A stretch of DNA of 64,000 bases, from positions 9,610,001-9,674,000 of the forward strand of contig OZ024750.1 in NCBI GenBank assembly GCA_964016885.1, read 5' to 3'. Origin of the DNA: Eledone cirrhosa. Its lineage: Eukaryota. Numbering within the stretch: position 1 is the stretch's first letter; each line of letters opens with the position of its first letter. Position numbers and translations under genes: made by a program. The notes beneath the pieces are model-generated. The model saw nothing but the letters and a program-made list of their open reading frames with translations. It searched no databases and was not told the DNA's origin. Below, one piece after another: positions 40,401 to 53,149 of this stretch.

Positions 40401-40594
40401 TCAATGAGTACTAGTAATCATCATCATTACCAGAACAACAACATATAATTACTCTGGTCGTTAATTCTATTATTATCTTCATTCCAATCAGTTCTTCTTC
40501 CCTACTGCTGATAGAAGCAACTAGAATTATTGCTACACTCTTAATGTATTGAAAAACTGTCTTCACAAAAATGTACAATGGATGAATTGGTTTG

Positions 40595-41090
40595 TTAACC
40601 CTTTAGCATTTAAACTGGCCATTTCCGGCCAGATTCTCTCACTTTTCTGTTTAAACCGGACATAACCTGGCCCTCATATTTATGTTAAGGTATTGTTCTC
40701 CAAACAAATAATTGTTTTTACTTTTGGCACAAGGCCAGCAATTATCCCAGTGCATTACTGGTACTTTATTTTATCAACCCCGTAAGGATGAAAGGCAAAG
40801 TTAACCTCGGCGGGATTTGTACTCAGAACATGAAGGACCATAACTCTATGCTGTAAACTATGATCTTTTATGCTCAACCAATATTGCCAATTTATCAAAT
40901 AAATAATTGTTTCTACTTTTGGCACAAGGCCAGCAATTATCCCAGTGCATTACTGGTACTTTATTTTATCAACCCTGTAAGGATATCAAAATCTCAGATT
41001 CGACATCATGTGAGATAATTATGTGATGTAAAGCCTTTACTATGAAAATACAATAGTAAATATAGAGTAATGTAAATGCTAAAGGGTTAA
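40595..41090. mobile_element. M1 MITE containing two nested S1 SINEs
   Basis: TTAA termini at both ends. SINEs at 40708-40895 and 40905-40983 on the minus strand. Confidence 0.85.
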
Positions 41091-41505
41091 AGTATATACA
41101 TATGGATCTAATTATTTACAAAGTATTGTGCTGTAATATATTTTACTACTACCATATTACCAACTATTCTAGTGGTTGGTAAAGGACATCCAGCCATTGC
41201 AAATTTGCCAATCGGTGGGTTGGGAGAACTCTTCAGTTGTGTCAAAGACATTATGACCTCACTAGTGCTGATGGCATGATAAAATGCACCCAGTGCACTC
41301 TGCAGAGATCAGCAGCCCCAATTAAGTACCAACTTGGTCTGTGACAACCAATGCAAACATTGCTAGCAGGGAAAATGGACATTAAATATGATATATATAT
41401 AGAGAGAGAGGTAGATCACTGGAAGGTAATATCTGTAGTGGTAGAGCACTCAGTCCATGGGACGAGTTAGGTAGAAGTGGTTACACAACAGTTAATACAC
41501 CATAC

Positions 41506-41543
41506 CGAGAACAATTGTTTCACCCTAGCGGATCCTCAGCTCG
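41506..41543 (-). ncRNA. 38-nt minimal hammerhead ribozyme
   Basis: cgag-CTGAGGA-tccgctagggt-GAAAC-aatt-GTT^ctcg. Palindromic helix III. Insert at 41410-41547 between (GA)n and (TA)n. Confidence 0.75.
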
Positions 41544-41585
<42 letters not shown>

Positions 41586-41670
41586 ATATATACATATATT
41601 TATATTAAGACTAAAAAGTGAGTCTTGTTACTCTGGAGCATTGCCTGTTTATCACATACGGATATGTGTG

Positions 41671-41724
<54 letters not shown>

Positions 41725-41762
41725 AAGTGTGTGAGATCTTTGGTACAGTTAGGTATATTTGA

Positions 41763-41799
<37 letters not shown>

Positions 41800-41823
41800 T
41801 CATTTATCATGGCTAAGCAATGA

Positions 41824-41928
41824 GTCTTGGTATTCTGGGGTTTCACCTAAACACTTGCAAGATCGTCAGACAAGAGTCTTATCTGATGATCCTACAAGTG
41901 AGCATATAAAACCCCAGAGTAACAAGAC
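41824..41928. ncRNA. Head-to-head pair of decayed hammerheads
   Basis: Consensus of the two arms is tcttgt-CTGAYGA-...-GAAAC-cccaga-GTA^acaaga. Each copy carries different mutations. Confidence 0.65.
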
Positions 41929-42210
41929 AACCAACCATAATAAATTAATATTTAAACTCTCCTTCAGTATTGAGTAATTTTTCTCACATCCATCAGTAAC
42001 ACATCACCATCATCATCATCATCGTTTAACATCTATCTTCCACACTAGCATGGGTTAGACGGGAGTTGGTCGGGTGACCATGTCTCGCTCCTATAGGACT
42101 GTATCTGGCAGGTTTTCTATGGCTGGATGCCCTTCCTAACATCAACGTCTTGGGCTATAGTAATACAGCGTTATTATGGGAGGTAGGGGTAAAGGAACAC
42201 TATTTATAAT

Positions 42211-42366
42211 AGGGCAGAGGATTAGCACTATCGGTAGAAGGTCGGACGCCATGCTTTGCAGCATAGAATTACGACCCCCCGTGGTCCGAGGCCAAATCCC
42301 GCCGAGGCTAACTCCGCCCTTCATCCCCCCGGGGTCGATAAAACAAAGCCCCAGCAATACACTGGG
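42211..42366 (+). mobile_element. S1 SINE, divergent copy
   Basis: S1 head and body with many T>C changes. Confidence 0.75.
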
Positions 42367-42666
42367 ACAAATATATATATATATATATATTTGTCCCAGT
42401 GTATTGTGTGTGTAAACATTGACACTATAACACTCATTTTTCTTCCTTTTTGTTTTCCCTTTTTTTCATCTCTACAGTTAATCTTACTTTCTTCCTTTCT
42501 TTCTCTTTCTCCCTTGATCCATAAATATAATCTGATGTTTACAAAGTTCCATCAAAGATTAAGGATTAAAAGATTCCCCTCTCTCTATCTATCTCTCCCT
42601 CACTCTCTCTCGCTTGCTCTCCCTCTCTCTTTCACTCACTCTCTCTCCCTCACTCTCATTCTCTCC

Positions 42667-42698
<32 letters not shown>

Positions 42699-42746
42699 GT
42701 ATATATATATCATTATATATATATATATAAATCATATATATATATG

Positions 42747-42796
<50 letters not shown>

Positions 42797-42874
42797 GATA
42801 TATATGTATATATAAATCATAAATATATATATGCATATATATAGATATATATGTATATATAAATCATAAATATA

Positions 42875-42941
<67 letters not shown>

Positions 42942-43103
42942 CTCTAGTCACATTACCTTTCAGAGATTAAAGACTTAAGAAGCTAGCTATCACATTGTTT
43001 GCTTGTTGATCAATACGGCAGTATTATATCTGTATCAGTAAACAAAACATACATACACACACACACACTCATACATACACACATACACACTTACACTCAT
43101 ACA

Positions 43104-43303
43104 NNNNNNNNNNNNNNNNNNNNNNNNNNNNNNNNNNNNNNNNNNNNNNNNNNNNNNNNNNNNNNNNNNNNNNNNNNNNNNNNNNNNNNNNNNNNNNNNN
43201 NNNNNNNNNNNNNNNNNNNNNNNNNNNNNNNNNNNNNNNNNNNNNNNNNNNNNNNNNNNNNNNNNNNNNNNNNNNNNNNNNNNNNNNNNNNNNNNNNNNN
43301 NNN
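43104..43303. other. Assembly gap (200 N)
   Basis: Run of N. Confidence 1.
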
Positions 43304-43304
43304 A

Positions 43305-43641
43305 AAAATGCAACTGAAGTCTTATTTTTTTTTTAAATATATATATTTATTTGGTTCCTTTACCGGTTTCGCAGTTCTTCTGCTTTTCAAAAGGTGAGTT
43401 GAGATGGAGGGTCTGTGGTTTTTTCTCACATCTGATGTGAGAAAAACCACAGACCCTCCATCTCAACTCACCTTTTGAAAAGCAGAAGAACTGCGAAACC
43501 GGTAAAGGAACCAAATACATATATATTATTTTTTAAAAAAATAAGACTTCAGTTGCATTTTCGATTTCATCCCTTTTTCTTTATACTTCCACTCGGGTAG
43601 GACACCTCGGTTATTTTTCATTTTGTAAAAAAAAACCTCAC

Positions 43642-43646
<5 letters not shown>
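43305..43646. mobile_element. Fold-back hammerhead element (family F)
   Basis: Arms 43305-43432 / 43434-43561, with a 3' extension to (TA)n at ~43646. Confidence 0.7.
43471..43508 (+). ncRNA. Hammerhead ribozyme, U3-A8 core variant
   Basis: cctt-TTGAAAA-gcagaagaactgc-GAAAC-cg-GTA^aagg. Inverted copy at 43357-43394. Confidence 0.7.
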
Positions 43647-43682
<36 letters not shown>

Positions 43683-44049
43683 GTGTGTGTGTGTGTGTGT
43701 GTAAAAGGTAAATAGAAATAACAAAGCAAACAACACAGTACATTGAAGAAATATATTAGTTTAACACGTGTTGTTGTTTATATATGTGAGTGTACACATG
43801 CCCCCATTAGCTTTATCTACCCATAGACTGGGGAAGGTGTTTGTGTGTTTATATATGTGTATGTATTTATATGTGTGTGTTAATGTGTGTCATCATCATC
43901 ATCATCATCATCACCGTTTTTACGTCCGTTTCTGCCATGCTAGCATGTGTGTTTATATGTATTGCAAGAATGTGTGTGTATGTGTTTATATGTGTGTGTG
44001 TGTGTGAGAGAGAGAGAGTGTATGTGTATGTCTCTATAGACCAGGGAAT

Positions 44050-44680
44050 GTGTGTTTGAGAGAGAGTGTGTGTATGTGTGTATGAGAGAGAGTGTGTATG
44101 TGTGTATGAGAGTGTGTGTGTCTGTATAAGAGTGTATGTGTGTATGAGAGTGTGTATGTGTGTATGAGAGTGTGTATGTGTGTATGAGAGTGTGTATGTC
44201 TGTATAAGAGTGTGTGTGTATAAGAGTGTGTGTGTGTATGAGAGGTGTGTATGTGTGTATGAGAGTGTGTATGTCTGTATAAGAGTGTGTGTGTATGAGA
44301 GTGTGTATGTGTGTGTGAGAGTGTGTATGTGTGTATGAGAGTGTGTGTGTCTGTATAAGAGTGTGTGTGTATAAGAGTGTGTGTGTGTATGAGAGTGTGT
44401 ATGTGTGTATGAGAGTGTGTATGTCTGTATAAGAGTGTGTGTGTATGAGAGTGTGTATGTGTGTATGAGAGTGTGTATGTGTGTATGAGAGTGTGTATGT
44501 CTGTATAAGAGTGTGTGTGTATAAGAGTGTGTGTGTGTATGAGAGTGTGTATGTGTGTATGAGAGTGTGTATGTCTGTATAAGAGTGTGTGTGTATGAGA
44601 GTGTGTATGTGTGTATGAGAGTGTGTATGTGTGTATGAGAGTGTGTATGTGTGTATGAGAGTGTGTATGTGTGTGTGCCT
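44050..44680. repeat. Compound GT/GA minisatellite
   Basis: gtgtatgagagtgtgtatgt units. atagaccagggaatg occurs on both flanks. Confidence 0.9.
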
Positions 44681-45354
44681 TCATAGACCAGGGAATGAAC
44701 AGTTCCAATAAATAATTCAATACTATCTTAAAAGTCTGTCTGTGATATTTCTTAATTCTAGTCTTACAAACTACAGCTTAGTTTCTGCTTAGTGCTGCCT
44801 TCAATTGAAAATATCATCATCATCTTCACCACCATCACCACCATCATCATCATCCCCATCATCATCACCACCATATTCTTCATCATCATCACCATCATCG
44901 TTGTCATTTTTACGTACGTTTTTCCCCACTTGGCTTTACCTTTCATCCTTATGGAGTCAATAAATAAAGTACCAGTAATGCACTGGGGTTGATTTAATCG
45001 CCTTTTTTCCCTCCCCACCCCAGCCCCTTCCCCCTCCAAAAAAACATTGTTGGCCTTGAGCCTCCTAAATCAGAAATCATTGATATGCAGACATGGTGAG
45101 CCACATTTATTCAAGAAGAAGAAGAATACTGATATGTTCTGGTGAATCACTAAGCTGTAGCCTGGAGTGTAAGGTCTCAAAGGATTGTATATTGGTAAAG
45201 AGGAATTAAGTTGTTATAACAGGATTGTCTGTCTTTAAAGAACAGTGTTAATACCAGACATTAGAAACATTGGCAGGTCTGATATATTTTCGTATCATTC
45301 CGGAATAATTTCTTCTCAAGCTTGTAGAAGAAATATATCTACAACAGAAAAATA

Positions 45355-45560
45355 TTGGCAGTTGTTGCTGTTGTTGTAGTTGCTGTTGTTGCTGAATCTG
45401 TTGTTGTTGTTGTTGTTGTTGTTGCTATTGTTACTGCTGCTGTTGCTGTTGTTGTTGCTGTTGTTGTTGCTGCTGTTGTTGCTGTTGTTACTGTTGTTGC
45501 AGTTGCTGTTGTTGCTGCAGTTGCTGTTGTTGCTGCTGTTGTTGTTGCTGTTGATGTTAT
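45355..45560. repeat. (GTT/GCT)n repeat
   Basis: Similar tracts at 47650-47980 and 58665-58935. Confidence 0.95.
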
Positions 45561-46454
45561 TTAGCCCCAAGTCAATTGTGATCAAGCAGACCTACAAAGG
45601 TTTCTGATTTAGGCACAAGGACAAACATTTTGGGGGAAGGGGAAGTCAAATAAATCACCCCCAGTTCGTTACTGGTACTTTATTTCATCATGGTAAATGG
45701 CAAAGCTAACTTTGACAGGATTTGAACTCAGAACATAAAGAGACATAACTATATGCTGCAAATCATTTTGTTGACTCTCTACCAATACTGCCAATCCACC
45801 ACCCTAAGCAGACCTATAATCAAAGGTGTTCTGTCTAAAACCATTCCACCACTACAGACAACCAATGTGTCTTTTTTTTTTCAAGATGGTAAAGATGTGA
45901 TTTATGGAGGGAGATTTAGCTGTTATTACTAATATAGCATGCAAACACATAAAAGATTTCTTATTTGTGTGTTTACAAGATGGCTGTTATGTTTTCTAAA
46001 GATTGATCCTCACACGATAGCTAATGGGTTATTCTTACAAATACTTAAATATTCAACAATAAAAAGTTATAAATTACCATCTAAAATATGCAGACTTTAT
46101 TTATATGCAGAGAATTCTTCTCATTCAGTGAACAATTCCTGAAGAAACTATACTGATTTATCTTAATCTCAAACACTTCCATTAATACAGCAGTTATCTG
46201 GAGTTGACACTTGTCTGATAATTAGTAATAGTTGCCTGAAGGACCTTCTATTTAAATTTACTTTTGGAGTGGAATACAAGAGAGAAGTGAGCCAATGCAG
46301 ACCATTGCTAATTTCTCCTATCCCTTGTGTATTTACAGCATCAGAATAATCTTGTTTTCAAAATATCTTTTATTAATAAGATCAAAATCTTGTCCAGACA
46401 AAGAAAAAGTTTTTTTACTCTTTTAAGACTGTTATCAATTTACAAACAAACTTC

Positions 46455-46572
46455 AGTGTTGACTTGAAAGTTTTGGAGGTTGGAATAATGTGATGCTTGA
46501 AATAAAATACTGGTGACTGAGGTGGCTAGGCCATGCTCTCAGAATCGACCAAGATAGACTATGAAAGGTTTC
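46455..46572 (+). pseudogene. RTE LINE remnant cut by a TTAA MITE end
   Basis: EIKYW*LRWLGHALRIDQDRL*KVS followed by TTAAcccttcggtttacaacccggcc (M2 MITE end). Confidence 0.6.
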
Positions 46573-46974
46573 ATTAACCCTTCGGTTTACAACCCGGCCA
46601 ACACCAGCTCTGGTTCTATTAAATAAACCCCCCAACCCTCCATTTTAAAGGTTTCCGATTTACATTAAAATCTTCCAACATAATTTTACTATTTACACTA
46701 TTCATTGGTAGCGTGGAGAGGGGTGGCTGGTATGCATGGGTGGCTGGTATGCATGGGTGGCTGGTATGCATGGGTGACTGCTGGTCTTCCTCAAACAACC
46801 TAGCCTTGATTTGTGCCTCGGAGGGAAACTTTCTAGATGCAAATCCCATGGTCATTGGGACCAAAGGGGGTATTTATCCTTATGCATCCATATATATATA
46901 TATATATATATATGTGTCTACATGGGCATATGTTTCTATACATATATATATATGTAGTAGATATTTTTACAGTT

Positions 46975-47212
46975 CCATTAATGGACTATATTTGCAATTT
47001 CCTAACTAGCCATGTTCTTTCTGGTTCTGAGAATCCCAGCTTCTCAAAATTTGTACTGAAGCAGTTAGTACGATATCCTAGAGCCCCAATGATCACAGGT
47101 GAAAATCTAAAGGTATAGTTAGGGTCAAGTATATGCTGTTTCCTCATTAGTTCGGCATAAATGTTCTCCTCCTTCACTGATTTTTACCATTACATTGACA
47201 TCTGCTGGACAT
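46975..47212 (-). pseudogene. Restriction-like endonuclease C-terminus of an R4/NeSL-group LINE
   Basis: PADVNV...KEENIYAELM...FSPVIIGALGY...KLQI, the PxD..K..Y..L..PVIIGALG pattern. Confidence 0.7.
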
Positions 47213-47331
47213 CAACAGATTTCCATATGTATGTATAGATATGTATATGTGTGTATATATGTGTGTGTGTACGTGTGCATTTGCATACATATATATGTCT
47301 AACCCATGCTAGCGTGAAAGACGGACGTTAA

Positions 47332-47363
<32 letters not shown>

Positions 47364-47657
47364 GTATATATATATATATAGTCCACGGTTTTATATATGT
47401 ATGTTTTCATGTAAATATTTATATATAAATTCATATATGTATATATAAATCTACATATGTATATATGCATTCATATATGTATATATGTGTTAGTGTATAT
47501 GCATTCATGTATGTGTATATGTATCTATGCATGTATATATGCAGTCATGCATGTGTATATGTGTATGTTATATTTTAAGTGCAGCTCTTTCACCATAGTA
47601 TAAAGGTCAATTTAAAAGTTGAACAGTTGCTGTGTACTTTTTGTTGTCTGAAACTGT

Positions 47658-47689
<32 letters not shown>

Positions 47690-47723
47690 TTGTTGTTGTT
47701 GCTGTTGTTGTTGTTGTTGTTAC

Positions 47724-47787
<64 letters not shown>

Positions 47788-48359
47788 GATGCTGGTGTTG
47801 TTGTTGTTGCTGTTGCTGCTGTTGTTGTTGTTGTTGTTGTTGTTGTTGTAGTTGCTGTTGTTGTTGTTGTTGTTGTTGTTGTCGTTAATGTAGCTGTTAT
47901 TGTTGTTGTTGTTGCTGTTGTTCTTGTTGTTGCTGTTGTGCTTGTTCATGTTGTTGCTGCTGTAGCTATTATTATTGTTTTTCCATAAAATATTCTTCAT
48001 AGTTTTTAGAAATGTCAGAACAGTTATTTGCACAATAACTATTACTAAGATAATCACTGGTAGGAATATGGTAGAATTTAATTCTGCAGCTGATGCTCAC
48101 CTTACCATATTCCATGGAAAAGACAAAGGAAAGCTGTGTTTCTGGCTTTGAAATGTTAATATGAATGTGTGTATATATGTGTATGAATGTGTGTATATAT
48201 ATGTATATGTATGTGTTTATATATGTGTATGAATGTGTGTATATATATGTATATGTATGTGTTTATATATGTGTATGAATGTGTGTATATATGTGTATGA
48301 ATGTGTGTATGTATGTGTATGAATGTATGTATATTTGTGTATGATTAATATATGTTTGT

Positions 48360-48806
48360 ATTTATCCCATCTCTAGAGGTACTCTATTCCATCTCTAGAG
48401 GTACTCTATCTCATCTCTAGAGATACTCTATTCCATCTCTGAGGTACTTTATTCCATCTCTAAAGGTACTCTATCTCATCTCTAGAGGTACTCTATTCCA
48501 TCTCTAGAGGTACTGTATTCCATATCTAGAGGTACTCTATTCCATATCTAGAGGTACTCTATTCCATCTCTAGAGGTACTTTATCCCATCTCTAGAGGTA
48601 CTCTATCCCATCTCTAGGGGTACTCTATCCCATCTCTAGAGGTACTCTATTCCATCTCTAGAGGTACTCTATCCCATCTCTAGAGGTACTCTATTCCATC
48701 TCTAGGGGTACTCTATCCCATCTCTAGAGGTACTCTATTCCATCTCTAGAGGTACTCTATCCCATCTCTAGAGGTACTCTATTCCATCTCTAGAGGTACT
48801 TTATCC
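48360..48806. repeat. 22-bp minisatellite, ~20 copies
   Basis: Unit ctctattccatctctagaggta. Confidence 0.95.
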
Positions 48807-49539
48807 AATTTATTCAACTATCATTTCAATAGTTATAAACTATTATTATAACAAACAATTATAACTTATTATAATAATAGTTTAATAATAATATAACAAT
48901 TAGAGTGGTGGATTGGCAGTATCGGTAGAGGATCGGACGCCATGCTTTGGAGCATAGTTACCTCCCTTTATGATCCGAGTTCAAATCCTGCCGAGGTTAA
49001 CTTTGCCTTTCATCCTTACGGGGTCAATAAGATGAAGTACCAGTAATGCACTGGGGTAAATGCTGGCCTCGTGCCAAAAGTAGAAACAATTATAACTTAT
49101 TATCATTGAGCTGACTCTATTTTCAAACATCAAATTTCAAAATTTCCTAATGCTTCATAATTCAACTAAATTTTGTTTGCTATATTAATGGAAATTTTAC
49201 TGCTAGGAATATATTAATGCCACATCTTTGAAACTTAAGAGTACAAAGGAACCACTTCCAAAATATTTTATGTTCATGTAACAGTTATGATTTATGTAGG
49301 TTATGCACTTTTCCTTTGTTGTAACCATTATATCAATTATGGAGACAGAAATAATAATATTATGAAAAGAGCAATAATATTCACCTGATGATTTTCTAAA
49401 TGAGAAGTTTATATTGATATAGTATTATATTGATATAGTATTCTAAAAATGTGTTGCATCGTACAAGAAGAAACAACTTGAGCTACACCAAAACATCATA
49501 AAACTTTGTCATTCTTCTCTGTCATTCATATGTATATAA

Positions 49540-49867
49540 TAATCATAATAATACAGAAAAGGAGAGGGAGAAAATTAACCGATACCAGGACTTAAAGTGG
49601 GAGTTAAAAAAGATTTGGAACTGCCATGAAATCAAGGTCGTCCCGATTGTCATAGGCGCACTAGGTACTATCTCAAAGAGTTTCCAAGGATGGTTAAAGA
49701 AGATTAGTCCAGCCCCGCTTTTTGGAACACTTCAAAAGGCATGCTTGCTGGGAACAGCAAGAAACCCTCCGATACGTCCTGAATATCTGAGGCTGCAGGT
49801 AATGGCTTGATTTTCATTTCAACAAACTTTCCAGTTAAATAACATCAATGACTGAGACTCAAAGAAC

Positions 49868-49917
<50 letters not shown>
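49540..49917 (+). mobile_element. R4/Dong-clade LINE 3' end in (TAA)n
   Basis: EKEREKINRYQDLKWELKKIWNCHEIKVVPIVIGALGTISK...LQKACLLGTAR(frameshift)LRYVLNI*, then a short 3'UTR and (AAT)n. Confidence 0.85.
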
Positions 49918-49918
<1 letters not shown>

Positions 49919-50620
49919 TGTTTCTACTTTTGGGACAAGGCCAGCAATTATCCCAGTGTATTACTGGTACTTTATTTTATCGACCCCCGTAAGGATGAAA
50001 GGCAAAGTTAACTTCGGAGGGATTTGAAATCAGACCATAAAGGGCCGTAACTCTTTGCTGCAAAGCATGGCATCCGACCCTCTACCGATACTGCCAATCC
50101 ACTGCCCTAATAATAATAATAATAATAATTGTTTCTACTTTTGGCACAATTATCCCAGTGCATTACTGGTACTTTATTTTATCAACCCCGTAAGGATGAA
50201 CGGCAAAGTTAACCTTGGCAGGATTTGAACGCAGACCGTAAAGGGCCGTAACTCTTTGTGTCAAAGCATGGCGTCCGACCTTCTACCAATACTGCCAATC
50301 CCCCGCCCTTTTTTTTATGTATATAATAATAATTATGGTTTCTTATATATGCACAAAGCCAGTAATTTTGGGGGGAGAGGAAAGTCGATTAAATCGACCC
50401 CAGTGCGTGACTGGTACTTTATTTTATCAACCCCGTAAGGATGAAAGGTAAAGTTAACCTCGGCAGGATTTGAACTCAGAAGAGTTACGTCCCTTTATGG
50501 TCTGAGTTCAAATCCCGCCAAGGTTAACTTTGCCTTTCATCCTTACGGGGTTGATAAAATAAAGTACCAGTAATGTACTGGGGTAATTGCTGGCCTTGTG
50601 CCAAAAGTAGAAACAATTAT
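49916..50620. mobile_element. S1 SINE cluster (three minus, one plus)
   Basis: Copies at 49916-50108, 50127-50308, 50330-50480 (-) and 50482-50620 (+). Confidence 0.85.
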
Positions 50621-50914
50621 ATTATCATTATAGGTGTATATATGAGGGTATATATGATATGTTAATGTATAATAACTATTAAACCACGTGGCTTAGTGCC
50701 AGGAGTTGTGACCAGTAGATAGTATCAGCAATGGAAGGACCAATGGAAACAGAACTTTCCTTGATCCAATTTAACGAGGTCCACCCCACTTGGCAAGAGA
50801 ATGAGGTCTGGGGTCTTGTAGATCGATCAATGTGAACAATAATAAACATGTATTATTCTCGCATATATATACATACATACGTATACACATACATACACAT
50901 ATACATACATACAT

Positions 50915-51201
50915 TCTCAGACCGGATGATGTGTTGTTTCCTTGAGCAAGACACTTTATTTCACATTGCTCCAGTTTACTCAGCTGTAGAAATGAAATGA
51001 TAGGGACTGGGGTCCCTATCATTCCACTGCAAAGTGGTCGTGGAGGTTCCACGGCAAAAAAGCACCCAGCACTCACTGTAAATGAGGTTGGTGTTAGGAA
51101 GGGCATCCAGCTGTAGAAATCAAACCAGCATCAGTTCCCGTCCCACCCTTGCAAGCAGGGAAAAAGCAGACGTAAAATGAAATGATGATGATGATGATGA
51201 T
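50915..51201 (+). mobile_element. Composite CORE plus RTE-tail SINE, 5' truncated
   Basis: Reverse-complement match to 29655-29930. Confidence 0.8.
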
Positions 51202-52486
51202 GTACATACATACACACACATACATACCTACACTCATACATACATACACATATGCATACATACACGCACACATACATGCATACATACATCCATACATACA
51301 CATGTACATACACACATACACACGCACACATACACACACATATACATACACACATACACACATATACATACACACATACATAGCTATACACATGCATACA
51401 CACATGCATACATACACACATACATACATACACACACATACATATATACATGGTGGCTGCCAACTCGTTTTCGAGTACGGCCACTACTTTATATCCATGT
51501 AGGAGAACCCCTACCTATGCGCTGAACGAGTGTGACTTTTTAGTCCAGCCAGCGACTTGAAAACTCTGGTACAAACACTACACTTGTGACAATTACTGAC
51601 ACATAGTGCTGGGCCCATGGTACCATGTGACGACAAGTGCAGAGAGATCTCCAGATATAAAGCAATGCCGGTGCCGTGAAGCTTTTATAGTGAGCAAAGG
51701 CACTGCACAAAGCCAGTCCCACTCTCTTAACCAAGATGATATTTACCAAAAAGAAGAACAAGTCAACATCATTGGATACCATCAGGGTTGCAGGTGTTAT
51801 ATCAGAGTTTTCCTTCTCCTAGAATTCTGCCTTGACAAAAGCCAAGGGGTCATCTCATATATACATACATACATATATACATACATACACACATGCATAC
51901 ATACACTCATGCATACATACACACATGCATACATACATACTATGCATGTATGTATGAATGTATGTATATATATATGTATGTATGTTATCTCTTCATCTCT
52001 ATTATGTAAGGGTGTGAAATGTGTGAGTGACTTTAAGTATTAAAGTAACAACTTTAACATATGTTTATGGAGTTTTATACATGACACAATGGAGTATATT
52101 ACAGATGTATTGATGGGAAGAATACTTAATTCCACATGCCAGTTATACCCTCAATTTATCTGACAGTAACAAAAGAGATGTATCAAATTATTGCTATAAT
52201 TTTACTCATGGTAGCTTTATCCACGTGAGACTCATTCTTCATCTACCTCAAGCTATTAAATCTAAAATTACAAACTGCCATTATATGCTTCCATAGTTCC
52301 AGAAATTATTTAGCATTTCTATCATATAGAACTGTTTTATTCTGGCAATTTTGGTTTGTTTGTTTGTTTTCCCGTTGTTCTTCCATATCGGAAAAATGAT
52401 CAGAGCAAATGTTCCATTTCTCAGAAATTAGTATAATCATGCAAATGTTAATGAATGAATGAACAATAGTTAAATGGTTAAATGTT

Positions 52487-52525
<39 letters not shown>

Positions 52526-52569
52526 TACACTTGTCAATACTACCATTCTACCATTTCAACACACAGCAG

Positions 52570-52625
<56 letters not shown>

Positions 52626-52666
52626 CACATATACACACATATATATACACACACACACATATATAT

Positions 52667-53149
52667 AGAGAGCTTATACCACTATTAGCCGCTAAAGGGT
52701 TCTCTCTAAAAATGAAAGGTAGGCTGTATGATGCCTGCATACGAACAGCAATGTTACATGGCAGTGAGACCTGGGCATTGTGTGCAGAGGATATACGCAG
52801 ACTGGAGAGGAATGAAGCTTGCATGCTCCGCTGGATGTGTAATAGTAATATACGTGAACAGCAAAGCATAAACGAACTAAGGGAAAAATTAGAAATAAGA
52901 GGGATCAGATGTTGTTTACTCGAGAGAAGACTACGTTGGTATGGTCACGTGATGCACATGAAAGACGACAGCTGTATAAAAAAGTGCAGGGCCAAAAAAA
53001 TAGACGGTAGCCACGGAGTAGGCAGACCCAGAAAAACCTGGGACGATTTGATAAATTCCGACCTCACACACTTACACCTCTCCAAGATAATGTCACTGGA
53101 CCAAGATCTTTGGCGCTACACAGTAATACAGAAGACCCGCCTTACCTAA
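52667..53149 (+). pseudogene. RTE LINE ORF2 C-terminal fragment (open reading frame)
   Basis: KGRLYDACIRTAMLHGSETW...MLRWMC...ERRLRWYGHVM...GRPRKTW. Confidence 0.92.

Noticed and set aside
43305-43561. All fold-backs being assembly or library chimeras
   Set aside because: Cannot be excluded for this gap-adjacent one, but several others have diverged arms and family-specific breakpoints, which artefacts would not produce.
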